A stretch of 64,000 nucleotides of DNA from Ruditapes philippinarum (taxonomy: Eukaryota), in the NCBI RefSeq assembly GCF_026571515.1, contig NW_026857949.1, positions 1 to 64,000 of the forward strand. Reading direction: 5' to 3'. The notes below the pieces were generated by a model. It was given only the letters and a program-made list of their open reading frames with translations, did no database searches and had not been told where the DNA came from. Positions within the stretch are counted from its first letter, which is position 1, and each line of letters opens with the position of its first letter. A program made the translations under genes and the position numbers. Below, piece by piece: positions 50,876-63,249 of this stretch.

Positions 50876-51508
50876 ATGAAGATATCACTGATAACCCTTG
50901 TTTTGTTTGGAGTACTGCTGCTATGTACTCCTAATGACGCAGTACCGGGTACACATGGATACGGTGGCATGATGCGCGGATATGGCAGCTCGGGATATGG
51001 TGGCATGATGCGCGGATATGGAGGTGGCATGCATGGATACGGTGGCGGATACGGTAGCGGATATGGAGGTGGCATGCATGGATACGGTGGCGGATACGGT
51101 AGCGGATATGGAAGTGGATATGGAAGTGGATACGGAAGTGGATACGGAAGCGGGTACGGTGGCTATATGATGGGTGGTCATGGAGGTGGATACAGAAGTG
51201 GGTACGGTGGAATAATGGGTGGTTATGGTGGTGGATACGGAAGTGGGTACGGTGGAATGATCGGTGGTCACGGTGGTGGATACGGAAGTGGATACGGTGG
51301 AATGGTGGGTGGTCATGGTGGTGGATACGGAAGTGGGTACGGTGGAATGATGGGTGGTCATGGTGGTGGATACGGAAGTGGATACGGTGGAATGATGGGT
51401 GGTCATGGTGGTGGATACGGAAGCGGATACGGTGGAATGATGGGTGGTCATGGATACGGAGGACATGGATATGGTGTTGCAATGGGTCGTCATCATTATA
51501 GATATTAA
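50876..51508 (+). CDS. Secreted Gly/Tyr/Met/His-rich repeat protein (shematrin-like / shell, periostracum or ligament matrix candidate), 210 aa
   Basis: Signal peptide MKISLITLVLFGVLLLCTPNDA, Kozak-like CACCATG after a splice acceptor, GSGY and GGMMGGHGGGYGSGY repeats with third-position variation, C-terminal RHHYRY, and AATAAA at 51603 and 51705. Confidence 0.88.
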   Translation: MKISLITLVLFGVLLLCTPNDAVPGTHGYGGMMRGYGSSGYGGMMRGYGGGMHGYGGGYGSGYGGGMHGYGGGYGSGYGSGYGSGYGSGYGSGYGGYMMGGHGGGYRSGYGGIMGGYGGGYGSGYGGMIGGHGGGYGSGYGGMVGGHGGGYGSGYGGMMGGHGGGYGSGYGGMMGGHGGGYGSGYGGMMGGHGYGGHGYGVAMGRHHYRY

Positions 51509-53164
51509 AGGAGAGAAAAAGTTATACATCAAATATTAAAAACTTGTTTGTTTTACGACACACTGCCACTTTTTTGGGAGTAAGCCACTATACATGTATG
51601 CGAATAAAGCTCCGAGGCAGTTTCCCATATAAAGTGTAATTGCGTAAATATCAACGCTCATTGTAAACTTGAATTCAAACATGTTCAGTAAACATTGATA
51701 AAATAATAAAAAATTAAGTGTAACAAACTATTACTGACTATCAATTGGAGTATTTGTAGCATTTCACGAAGTTACACGGCGGCAAAACGTAAAGGACGTC
51801 AATACTTTCGACGCTATTGCAGTGAAGTAACGTTGTCGATGAAATCCCAACAAGTTGCAAAATATTTTACTTAAGACGTATATTAAATCCAACTTATGAA
51901 AATATCATTGTAGTATTTGTAATAAAACGTTTGTATGCACTGATCAGTAGTTTGTTTTATAGTTCAATGTGTTGTCTGCGTTCGAGTTACCGCATACAAA
52001 GTTCTAAAAGCGAGACCCAGTTTATGAGCATAGAGCATAACTTTTAATTTAATAATTTGATGAGCGTTCTTTTAATTAACAATATATAATGTGCTTTGTT
52101 TTTTTAAAAATTAAGTCCATCGAAGCGGTAACTTCCCTTGAAGAGTATATTTGCTTGAATTGCGTCCAAGAATAGACAGCACGCCCATGCCGTAAATATT
52201 TTAGAAATTTACCCAAATATGTCAAATGGTCTTGTCTATATAGAAAGATGGACAAGTCAATTTAAGATATTAAACGGGTTATCGATAAAGGGCTAACATT
52301 TTAAGAAGATTCAACAACAGTAGATACCTATAACCATAACTTAGTAAAGTTAATGTTACTACGTAAACAAACAGATAAAAAGGCAGCTTTATTATTCTTT
52401 GATTCCTAGGTTCACATTCCTTCAATTTTAAAGATAATAAATACCCAGTATGATTCTAGATAGACATACTGCATGATGTCATTAACAAGTATAGGTGTAT
52501 CTTAGAGTATTAATTTGCAGAATCATACCATGCAGGGCGACATCAAATATGTATTCTTTATTAGACGCATGCAAAATAATTCTGCATATATTAAACTTGA
52601 TCACGTAGAAAGCAATGTTCGAGCAAGAAACATATATAGCTAATGGACACACACCAATAAAGTGTATAGAATAGATAAATGATAAGTTTACTTTTGTCTG
52701 TTGATAAACTTGAAATTTGTGTGATCAGTAAATCCGATTTGCTAAACTCCCTAAGCTCCATACGAACAGGTTAGATATACAAGGAGAAATTAATCGGTCA
52801 TCAGAGCACTCTTTTTCAGTTGGTGCAAGCAATTTAAAGACCATCGTAACACATATAAAGTTTCATGCTGATATCTTAAATACTCTTCGAGTAACTAGTA
52901 TGTAAATGTATGAACAATACAAAAAGCCTATCACTCAAAAACTATGAAAGTAAAGTTATCATACTGGTGCACTGAACATATGAAGTTTAAAGTTGTTATC
53001 ACAAATACAGCAAAAGAAAAAAAAAATGCAGAGTTATGACACAAATGAAAATAACAACATTTTTTTATTTATTACTTAAAATAAAGGGTTAGTAGTTAAA
53101 CATTGTGTTTACTATTTGCCGTATCAGAATCTGACCATACAACTATCTGTATGTGCATTGGTTA

Positions 53165-53335
53165 AGGCGATGGTACGATGGTGAAAAGGCGATGGCGATA
53201 TAACATTGTATTTTCACCATCGTGTCATCGCGACATCGCAAGTGCACCATCGTGTTTTCATCATCATACCATCGTGTTTTCATCATTGTTTCATCGCACC
53301 ATCTCGTTTGCACCATCGTGCCATCGTGCATCAAT
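53165..53335. repeat. Degenerate CGATGG/CCATCG subrepeat cluster related to the 43648-44662 MITE
   Basis: Inverted clusters of acgatggtgaaaa / ttttcaccatcgtg. Confidence 0.45.
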
Positions 53336-54153
53336 GGTAAGAGTAAAATAAAACATCTCGATTGTCAAAACAGAACACCGTAGACTCCTGAGCTGTTTAA
53401 GAGAGTGGAGCGAGAATTCGATTGCTTTCTTTCTCGCTTCATCTCCTCAGAGACTTGGGGTATTCGGAATAATACTTTCAGAAAAATCTATCTTGCGACG
53501 CCATGAACGTTATTTTTTGTATTGTTAGCGTGTGCCGGGTCTCCTGTTCTATGTCATTTGTGATTTCCACATAACTTGTAAAAATATTTTATTGATTTAT
53601 TTACTTATACGAATATAATATATTTAGAACATTTTCCGATATTTGTCTCTTGTAAAATTCTGTACGAAAATTGAAAAATGTGAACAGAACAGTAGAGCTG
53701 TAGAGTCCGATTACTTTTGAACAACCTTCGTAATAAATTGCACAATTGCTCAATTCCTGAATTGTTTTTACTTTCTGCTTGATTGGATAATAATACACTG
53801 TGCGATTAAAAAAAATATTTGCTATATGTCATAAAGTCGAGATATGTAGAAAAAGAATATTATCGAGAAATAATGTTTCCACTACAACGAAAATATAATC
53901 TATTAATGACGTCAGATAAGAAATTAACTCTTTAAAATACTTACCGAAATTTAATACCTTTCACGGTTAAAATCTCCACTTTGTTAATCAATGCGTTGTA
54001 TTTTAATAAATATTTGATACTCCACAACCCATTTTAAATATAAACGTGTTGTGGGTTTTTACGTGGTCTATTTTAAGATGTTATCTTCAATCTATTACGT
54101 CTTCGCTTGCGAACTTAGTTTCTATTTTCGTTTTAGCACTTGTTGTAATCATT

Positions 54154-57100
54154 ATGGAATTGGTAAGTTTATTTTTTCTAAATTAACTTAGTTTTAAGTA
54201 TTATAACTTTCTTATAAGTAAACTGACTTATTTTGTCAACCCAATGATTGTTATATCGTTTTATTATAATTTCATTTATATTGATCAAAAGTTTAAAATC
54301 GAAACTAGAACCTAATGTTTTAAAAATCTTTTAAGGAACAATATATTTCGTATCAAAGTAGATAAATATTTGACAAATTAAGCAATAGCATTTCTTGACC
54401 CCGGCTTAGCTCAATAGGGAGAGTGTCAGATTTGTAATACCGAGGTCGCTGGTTCGATCGTTACCACGATTTCTCCGCAGATATTGAGTCTAATTGTTGC
54501 CCATTCAAAAGTCATACGGATAAGTTGAGAAAATGGTAATAACTTATCAGTTACCTAGGGAAACTTGGTAGGTGGATCGGCCCCCGATATTAGTCTCATT
54601 TCGATGTATGAACGATTTGACCCATTTTAAAGACATTTTTCATACTGCCAAACCGTTACAAAAAGTCGCCCCTTCGAATGTTATCAGGATATCTATCATA
54701 CTAAAACGAAAAACTTATAACAAAAAGGGGTTAAAACACTGGTAAACCAAAAAAAAACTTTCTTTTATTTAGAAATTAAAAATAAATTTCAAACCTTTTA
54801 AAAGGGTAAAAAGAACTAATTTTTTTATTTCCCTTTTCATTTTATAACCCTAAATGATACGGGTATATTCCCGATATTTTTTTAATTTTAAAGGTTGTAT
54901 GATTCTACCCCAAAGTCCTCAACGTGCGGGGTTTAAAAGGGGCCCAATTTTTAAAATACCTTTTTCGTTACCCAAAGGGGATAAATATCTTTAGGGCTTT
55001 TTGTTTTTCATGATGCATTTTCATCTTTTTTGGGATCCCTTTTTTGGCTTATTAAAATATACCTTTTTTTAATAAAATATATTAAAAACTTCCTTAAATG
55101 GTGGGACATAAATGACTAAAAAGCCCAAAACGTATTTTAAATGGGCTAAATTTGGAAATTTTTTTAAGTACATATACCAAGGATAATTTTGTACCGTCCC
55201 ATGGGTTTCAGAGCGTAGTGATTGATGAAGTAGAAGATTGCCAAATGAGAAACTTGTTGAAATGAACCAAATCTCATCAGAGGGGGAGCATATTGGAAAC
55301 GTTATCTACGCTCGGGATATTGAAGTATACTCCTGGCGTCTAGAGCGGTTCCGAGACCAACAGAAATGAAATTCATTTCAACACAAATGGGCGGGCGGGA
55401 TTTCAGGTTTGATATAGAAAATTCTATTTGAAAGCCTTCACGTGATTTTTTTTCATAAAATATTCATATGATTTTACCAATTCTGTGGGCAATTCCGTGC
55501 TTGTAAATTTAACAATAAATATGATCTTTAGCATGAAGTATTTGAATTGAAAAAACTTATTTGGGTTTTTTTTTACAAAACATAAACGCTACGGTTATTT
55601 ATGATATTGAAGGAAAACCCGTGACATTACTATACATGTTCTACCCGTGACACGCCTACTACTATCGAAAGATCAATAAAGTTTATATAAATATACGCAA
55701 TAAAAAGATAAAGTTTTGGCAGCGTTCCACAAAGTTAAAACTAGTGATTAGGGCCGATATTCATTTTGTGATAAACTGATCCGCGTGCGGCGTCTAACTG
55801 TTTTTAAAAGATACATTTATTCTATTAACTGGGATAAAAACAATAATAACATAATTATATACATAGTCTCAGACAAACCAATGTAAATTTCCATTTTCTG
55901 TGTTTTAAAAACTGCAAATTGGTTTTTTTTAGCTGTTCTTCTTTTGTCTCAAATACAAACATTTTTTTGGGTTAGAGCCCTATTTTATATTAGTTCTCCT
56001 TTTTATGGTTGTTTTCCGTTGCATTTGTTTCCCATTATGTTCCCCTTTAGAAACAGACAAAATTTTGTAAAAATTTCCTTTCAAAAATGGGTAGAAGTTT
56101 TTACATTGAAGGTTTTGGGCATCCCCTATAAAAAGATCAATACTTGGTGTAAAAGATCAATCAAATTCCATTTTAAATTTTGAATGTTAACGACTTTTTT
56201 ATTTTTTTAACAAAAAAGTGATACTGCTTCTCGCAGCGAAAAAACCCAAATTTTATCTAAAAATTTTCATACTTGAAAATGTGCTGAAATTTTTTTTTTT
56301 TTAGCCACCAAAAAAAACGACATGTATGCTTTTTAGAATTTAGGGAAAAACGAAGAAGGAAATAGACCAAACAGGGGGGACCCTTTCAGGGCTGTGATAG
56401 TATAAAAATTGGGCGTAAAAGATTCTGGTTGAAGGGAAAGATTGGGGGCAGAAGGGGGAAAAATTTAAATGGGAAAAGCAAAACCCGAACAAGACCCGGT
56501 GAAAATTTTTGGTCAATTTTTCCCTTTAAAGGTTTTAAAATACGCTTTATAAAAAGGTAGTAAACATGTTACAATTATTAGTCTGATAACTGTTTTGTTT
56601 TAACAATTTACTCGTTTTTGTAACTGCATTTGTACTTTCCAAAAAAGAACAATAATTAATACTGGTATCTTAAAAAACAGACATTAGTTATTTGGTCAGG
56701 GATCTTGTACATAAAGCAGAAAACATGTTTATCTCTGTTCTATTTTCTCAATGTCGATGATAGGGGAACTTGAGAATGAAATATAATATTTTACTATGCA
56801 ATCTTGAGCTAATTTTTAAAAATCGTTTTTTTTTGTGTGTGTGTTTCTAGCATTCTTATATTTATTTAGATAAAATATAAGAAGTAAAAGATAACGTTCT
56901 AAAGATGGCCTTATATACTGTAGACTTTTAAATTACTTGTCTGAAAATTATACTAATACTTCATTTACGTTTTTACATACAAGCTCAGAATAAGATAAAA
57001 CCGATATGTGTTGTCTATTACATAATTAAAATCTATTCTTTTTCATCCAATAACGCGAGATGAAAGTTTACTTTCATGCATATTCTAATATTTTGCCATT

Positions 57101-60100
57101 AGTTCTTGAACCTACTTCAGGATATTTTACAAAAACCAGAATAAATTCACAAAATAAAAACTTATTGTATAACTGTATGCATATATGCACTATCTAAAGG
57201 GATTTCACAAAGAATTACTGGTAGAAGATCAGATTGGCCAACAACTGCCTTTGTTTGATATAATGTCATTGTTCATCAAAGCGTTAAAGGATCATTGTTT
57301 GAAGAAACTGAAACTACAGAATCAAGGAATAGCAGTTGACATGAACAAAACTCTTTTTGTCGTTACTGTTCCTGCAATATGGACAGATGAAGCAAAGAAA
57401 TTCATGAGAGATGCAGCTATAGAGGTGTGAAATGTTTATTTGTTCGATGCATTCACATAAGGCTATGGAAAACATAGCCTTCATTACATAAACGACTAAC
57501 GTTTTTGAGGATGGAGACTATAAATAACCGTTTTTACTTCTTATTTTACTTTTTCAATGAAATAATTCAATAACTGAATAAAATACACATACCTGAACTA
57601 TAATCACCGAAACGATTACAGTAGACAATTAACAAGGTGTGAATCTTGGCGTAAAAATTTCTGGCTGGCACTCACATGACATGATGATTCTTTATGTTAT
57701 ATGTTTCCCGACAGTTGTCTGTAATTCAATTGATCGATTTCCCCATCCACTGTTATTTCGTTAAGCACTCCTTCATTCTTTCACTTGGTGCCATACACCT
57801 CTTTTTAGATAACAATAAAGATTTTTATGATGACATTTGTGCTGAGGCTTATTCTAAGTAATACCATTTTATATTTACATGTTGAATGCGTGAATGATAG
57901 CAGACATACAGCTGTCGTCCATCACAAGTCTTAATCAAATCGATTGTGCAACATTTTCAATTTTGCCATTTAGCATCTTTGGAGTTGCCCAGTTTAATAA
58001 CTATCTCAATGTCCATAATTCATGTTAATTTCGACATAATAGAAATATTCTTATTTTATATTTCAGGCTGGTATAGGTAAAAGAAATGTATTGTTAGCCT
58101 TAGAGCCAGAAGCTGCTGCAATATATTGTTTACATCTCCCTGAGGGACAAAGAAAAGAAATGAATGACCTTGGTATGAAAGGAGAAAAATTCCTAGTAGC
58201 AGACTTGGGAGGTATATCTGTAATCAATCATTTTGTAACTAGGCTTTTATCTTGCTCACTTAATTTGACGAAACGTTTGCTTTTGAAAGTAGCGGTGTTT
58301 GTATGATTGTCAGACATGTAACATTTTATTATGTACGCTGATATTCCAAGGTAGAATAATTATTACAATTTATTATTGCCTTGTTAGATGCCTTTTCGGT
58401 GGCCATTTTATGCCTGGATATTGTCGAAGTTTTTTCCAATATTTTTTTGTGTCGCCTTGAAAAAGCGACATATAGGGGTTACTTTTGTCGGCGGTGTCGT
58501 TGTCGGCGTCCCCTTTAGCTTGTCCGGAGCATAAGTCAGTCATTATAAGTCGGATTGACTTCAAACTTGGTATGCATGCTTCTTATAATGACCCGAAGTG
58601 CAGTGCACAAGAACCGGTACTCTGCACTTCTTAATTTTTGAGTTATTGCCCTTTGTTAATTTTCATACTTTATTTTTGTCCGGGCCATTTCTCCTTATGT
58701 ATAAAAGCTATGGACTTAAAACTTCATAGGATGACAGATCTCATTAATAAGAAGTGCAATGTACAAGAACCGGTGTTCTGCACTTCTTATGTTTTGAGTT
58801 ATTGCCCTTTGTTAATTTTCATACTATATTTTTGTCCGGGCCATTTCTCCTAAAGTATTAAAGCTATGGACTTAAAACTTCATAAGATGATAGATCTCAT
58901 TAAGAAGAAGTGCAGTGCACAAGAACCGGTACTCTGATTTTCTTATTTTTTGAGTTATTGCCCTTTGTTAATTTTCATACTTTATGTTTGTCCGGGCCAT
59001 TTCTTCTAAAGTATAAAAGCTATAGACATTAAACTTCATAGAATGATAGATCTCATTAAGAAGAAGTGCAGTGCACAAGAACCGGTACTCTGCATTTCTT
59101 AATTTTTGAGTTATTGCCCTTTGTTAACTTTCATACTTTGTTTGTCCGGGCCATTTCTTCTAAAGTATAAAAGCTATGGACATGAAACTTCATAGAATGA
59201 TAGATCTCATTAAGAAGAAGTGCAGTGCACAAGAACCGGTACTCTGCATTTCTTATTTTTTGAGTTATTGCCCTTTGTTAATTTTCATACTTTATGTTTG
59301 TCCGGGCCATTTCTCCTAAATTATAAAAGCTATAGACTTGAAACTTCATAGGATGATAGATCTTATGGATAAAAAGTGCAGTGCACAGAAACTGCTTCTA
59401 TGCATTTCTTATTTTTTGAGTTATTGCTCTTTGTTAATTTTCATATTTCATTTTTGTCCTGGCCATTTCTCCTAAACTATATTGTTCACAAGGCGACACA
59501 TCCCACTCACAGAGTTCAAGTTCATATTAAAGGGTGAACGGAATTTGTGTTATCCCTCGTAAACAGACTGATTTAAACCGAATGTGCAATTTTCGCTCAT
59601 TGAAATTTGTTTCCATTGCGCTCGAGGTATCTCCCTTTCCAAAATTTTAGATGTTACAATAACAGTAAAAGATGTACATGTTTTACGATCTGAAATATTT
59701 TAGGCGGGACAGCTGACTTATCTGCAGTAGAAGTAGACGAAACTGGCTGTCTGAAAGAAATATGCCCTCCACTTGGTGACCCGGTTGGTGGTCAGAAAAT
59801 AAATGAAGCATTCCTGCAAGTTTGCCATGACAGTTTTGAAGGAAAAGGTTGGAAAGAAACATTTAGCAAGGCAACACCCGTTGAAATGTTGAAAATGGAA
59901 GCAGATTTCGAACAGAAAAAAGTTACAATCGGTTCCGAAGATGAAAGCGCTGAAATGATTGATGTAGCTATCCCAGCACCAGTTCTAGATAAACTTGAAG
60001 ATAAATCCATTCGACTCAAGGACAACGCTTATCTATCGTACCAGGACAGGGAGTTAATGTTTAATTCCAGACGTATCCGTGACAATCTGTTCAAAGAAAC

Positions 60101-60773
60101 GTGCAAAGTTGTCTATGGGACTATAAGGAAAGTGCTTAACAATACTGGAGCAAAGGGGTTAAAAACCGTCGTTCTTGTTGGGGGTTTTGCGGAATCACCC
60201 ATCGTAATCGAAAACATCCGGCAAATGATTGTTAATGACTTTCCGGAAACCAAGGTTGTAATACCCTCATCGCCCTTTAAGGCCGTTCTAAAAGGGGCAG
60301 TCTTGTTTGGCCACGACCCCCTAATATTTAGAAGCAGAATAAGTAGGGAAACTTTTGGAATAGAGACAAATGTGTTGTTTGATGAAAAGGTGCACGATGT
60401 GTCAAAGAAATGGAAACACAAAGATACAGGAGAAGACTGGTGTAAAGATATTTTCAGTCTGCATGTTCGTAAAGGCAAGTCGGTGATTTTAGGCGATAAA
60501 CAGCCAGTTAAAATCTACACTCCTGTTTATGAAAATCAAACACAAATGCGCTTTCCTATTTACACTGCTACATCATTAAATCCAAAATACACAACTGAAG
60601 ATGGTTGTAAACACATTGGCAATATCACGGTTGATATTCCTGATACAACAGGCGGAACAAAAAGGAAGTGCGAAGTAAGCATGATTTATGGAGGTACGGA
60701 ATTGTCTGTAATCGCAAAAGACAAAACGACGGAGAAGGAGTTTAACGCAGACATTCAATTCTGTAATATGTAA
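54154..60773 (+). CDS. HSPA12: Heat shock 70 kDa protein 12-like (HSPA12A/B family); 5' exons garbled
   Basis: Clean exons 57200-57424 (VVTVPAIWTDEAKKFMRDAA), 58067-58211 (LALEPEAAAIYC...VADLGG), 59704-60773 (GTADL...VLVGGFAES...AVLKGAVLFG...YGGTEL). Candidate start micro-exon ATGGAATTG|gtaagt at 54154-62. Garbled remnants of the DIGxTYS and RFKxxLY exons at ~55200-55406 and ~56343-56556. Confidence 0.85.
54399..54590 (+). mobile_element. tRNA-derived SINE (head and part of body)
   Basis: A box TAGCTCAATAGG and B box GGTTCGATC, with no complete cloverleaf acceptor stem. Confidence 0.5.
58448..59522 (+). mobile_element. HINE-like element with ~6 x 156-bp tandem repeats, in an HSPA12 intron
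   Basis: subTIRs TGTGTCGCCTTG / CAAGGCGACACA, (GTCGGC) microsatellite, and AAGAACCGG at 58609, 58765, 58921, 59077, 59231. Confidence 0.82.
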
Positions 60774-62024
60774 AACTGGTGAGCGTAAACAGAGCATAAA
60801 CTGAGCATAAACTGCATTGTATACTGTAGATATTGAAAATTCACATACACGGCAGAGAGGAATTTGGTTGAGTTTTAGAAATAGTTTGTATTCAAAATAA
60901 ATTTTATGTGAATGATACGCCGAAATGAGTACAGTGGCAAGAGGTGAACTTTTCTATTTGTAAATAAGGACACACACATATATTTTACATATGATAATAT
61001 TAGAATGGATATAAGTTTAAGAACTAGATGTTCAACTGCAAGTTACCTTGTTGTTACTTCAATGTATTACGAAATTTCAAACATATGGAAAAGGAGAATA
61101 TATCTCTATTCATATGCTTACAAGTTGAATGTAATGTATTGATATTTCATATTTATATTTCATAGATTTTGATTTTAATGTTATTCTATCATTTACAATA
61201 CAATAATGTCGTATATGATATAATTTTTCTTCTCCGTTCAGATGGCCATTTTGTTCAAGGCAAATTGAGGATGTCCATATATAAGATAAATGTGTTTACA
61301 CTTCTTGTAAGTTGGGGCTAAGTATAATGTGAAACAATTCGGATGGACAAATGCATTTGAAAAATGAAAACAAATAATCGTTTCAAATAGTGCAACCCGG
61401 AAGACACAATTATTTAAAACAACTTGCTGTACCGAATTTAAAAAAAAATTATTTACTGATAGTTGTATTTTTTTTAAATATAAGTCATGCTTTATTCATT
61501 TAATTTAGTAAATGTACATACATAACATATATTCGAACTTTTATATAGCATATATTATTGCTGTAAATAGAATGATTTTTATTTGTATTTTCATTTATTT
61601 TGTTTGGTGGTACACTTTTGATATAACAAAAAATAGGATGTGATTGGGTATATTTAATATAGTGATTGAGGGTTGTTGCACTGATAAAGTCATGTGATCT
61701 GATATATGTATATGGCATTCTTGCTTAGTTACCTCATGTTTAGTTAAGCGTATATTCGTAACTGCTATCAAAGAAATGATTTAATATTATTGTAGTTAAT
61801 CATATCATGTGTTACTTATTTTATTTAACTACTGACTGTTGTTATATTTATCGTATTTATGATTTATTATAATATTGATTGATGTTATTATTACTCAAGT
61901 GTATGTAGTAGTTTTTAAAATTTGTTGTTAGAATTTTATTAAATTCTTGAAGGAAAGCAAAATTTATTTAATTTCCTATAAACGGGTGTAGAAATTGATA
62001 AATAAACTAATTCTGTCAGTTTTT

Positions 62025-63249
62025 GGCTCACCTGTCACAAAGTGACAGGGTGAGCTTTTGTGATCGCTTTTCATCCGTCGTCCGTCCGCCGTCCGTAAAC
62101 TTTTACTTTAAATGACATCTCCTCATAAACCACTCAGCCAATTTCATCCAAACTTCACAGGAATGTTCCTTTGGTGGTCACCTTTGAAAATTGTTCAAAG
62201 AATTTAATTCCATGCAGAACTCTGGTTGCCATGGCAACCAAAAGAAAAAACTTTAAATATCATCTTCTAAAAAACCCCAAACAGCGAGAGCTTAGATATT
62301 TGGCAAGAAACATCTTCTAGTGAGTGTCTACCAAGTTTGTTCAAATAAAAGCCCTGGGGTCAAAATTGGCCCCGCCCCAGGGTGTCATTGATTTTCCCTA
62401 TATGCATAAAGTAAAAACTTAGAAAATCCTCTTTTAAAGAACCCAAAGAGCTAGAGCTAAGATATTTAGCATGAAACATGTTCTAATGGATGTCTACAAA
62501 GTTTGTTCAAATAAGAGCCCTGGGGTCAAAATTGGCCCCGCCCCGGGGGTCATTGATTTTCCTTATATGTGTATAGCAAAAACTTAAAAAATCTTTTTTG
62601 AAAAAAAAAACCCAAATAGCTAGAGTTTAGATACTAAGCATGAAACATCTTCTAGTGATTGTCTACCAAGTTTTTTCAAATAAAAGCCCTGAGATCAAAA
62701 TTGGCCCCGCCCCAGGGGGTCATTCATTTTCCTTATATATGTATAACAAAAACTTAAAAAATCTTCTTTGAAAAAACTCAAATAGCTAGAGTTTAGATAT
62801 AACGCACGCAGCATCTTCTAGTGAGTGTCTACAAAGTTTGTTCAAATAAAAGCCCTGGGGTCAAAATTGGCCGGCCCCGGGGGATATTGAATTGTATAGC
62901 AAAAACTTAAAAATCTTTGAAAAAAACCCGAATAGCTAGAGTTTAGATATTAAGCATGAGACAATTTATAGTAAGTGTCTACAAAGATTGTTCAAATAAA
63001 AGCCCTGGGGTCAAAACTGGCCCTGCCACAGGTGTGTCATTGTTTTTGACTATATGTGTAAAGAAAAAACTTGAAAAAATCTTCTTTTAAAAAACCCAAC
63101 GAGCTAGACCTTAGATGTTTAGCATGAAACATCTTCTAATGGGTGTCTACCAAGTTTGTTCAAATAAAAGCCCTGGGGTTTAAACTGGCCCCGCTCCGGG
63201 GGCCTATATACAGGTGAGCGACTTCAGGGCCATCATGGCCCTCTTGTTT
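62025..63249 (+). mobile_element. HINE-like element with ~6 x 167-bp tandem repeats
   Basis: GGCTCACCTG...(CCGT) microsatellite...CAGGTGAGCGACTTCAGGGCCATCATGGCCCTCTTGTTT. TTCAAATAA at 62340, 62507, 62675, 62841, 62991, 63159. Confidence 0.85.

Noticed and set aside
50921-51532. Antisense His/Arg-rich and Ser/Thr-rich ORFs (183 and 203 aa)
   Set aside because: Shadows of the GGN/TAY/ATG codon repeats. The signal peptide, splice acceptor, Kozak context and polyA signals are all on the + strand.
54399-54470. Functional tRNA gene
   Set aside because: A and B boxes are present but there is no closing acceptor stem. It continues into SINE-like body sequence.
29074-58853. Short ORFs inside MITEs and HINE arrays (e.g. 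29074, 33609, 37661, 42143-42869, 46176, 58638)
   Set aside because: They lie in non-coding repeats, recur with the repeat period and show no domain motifs.
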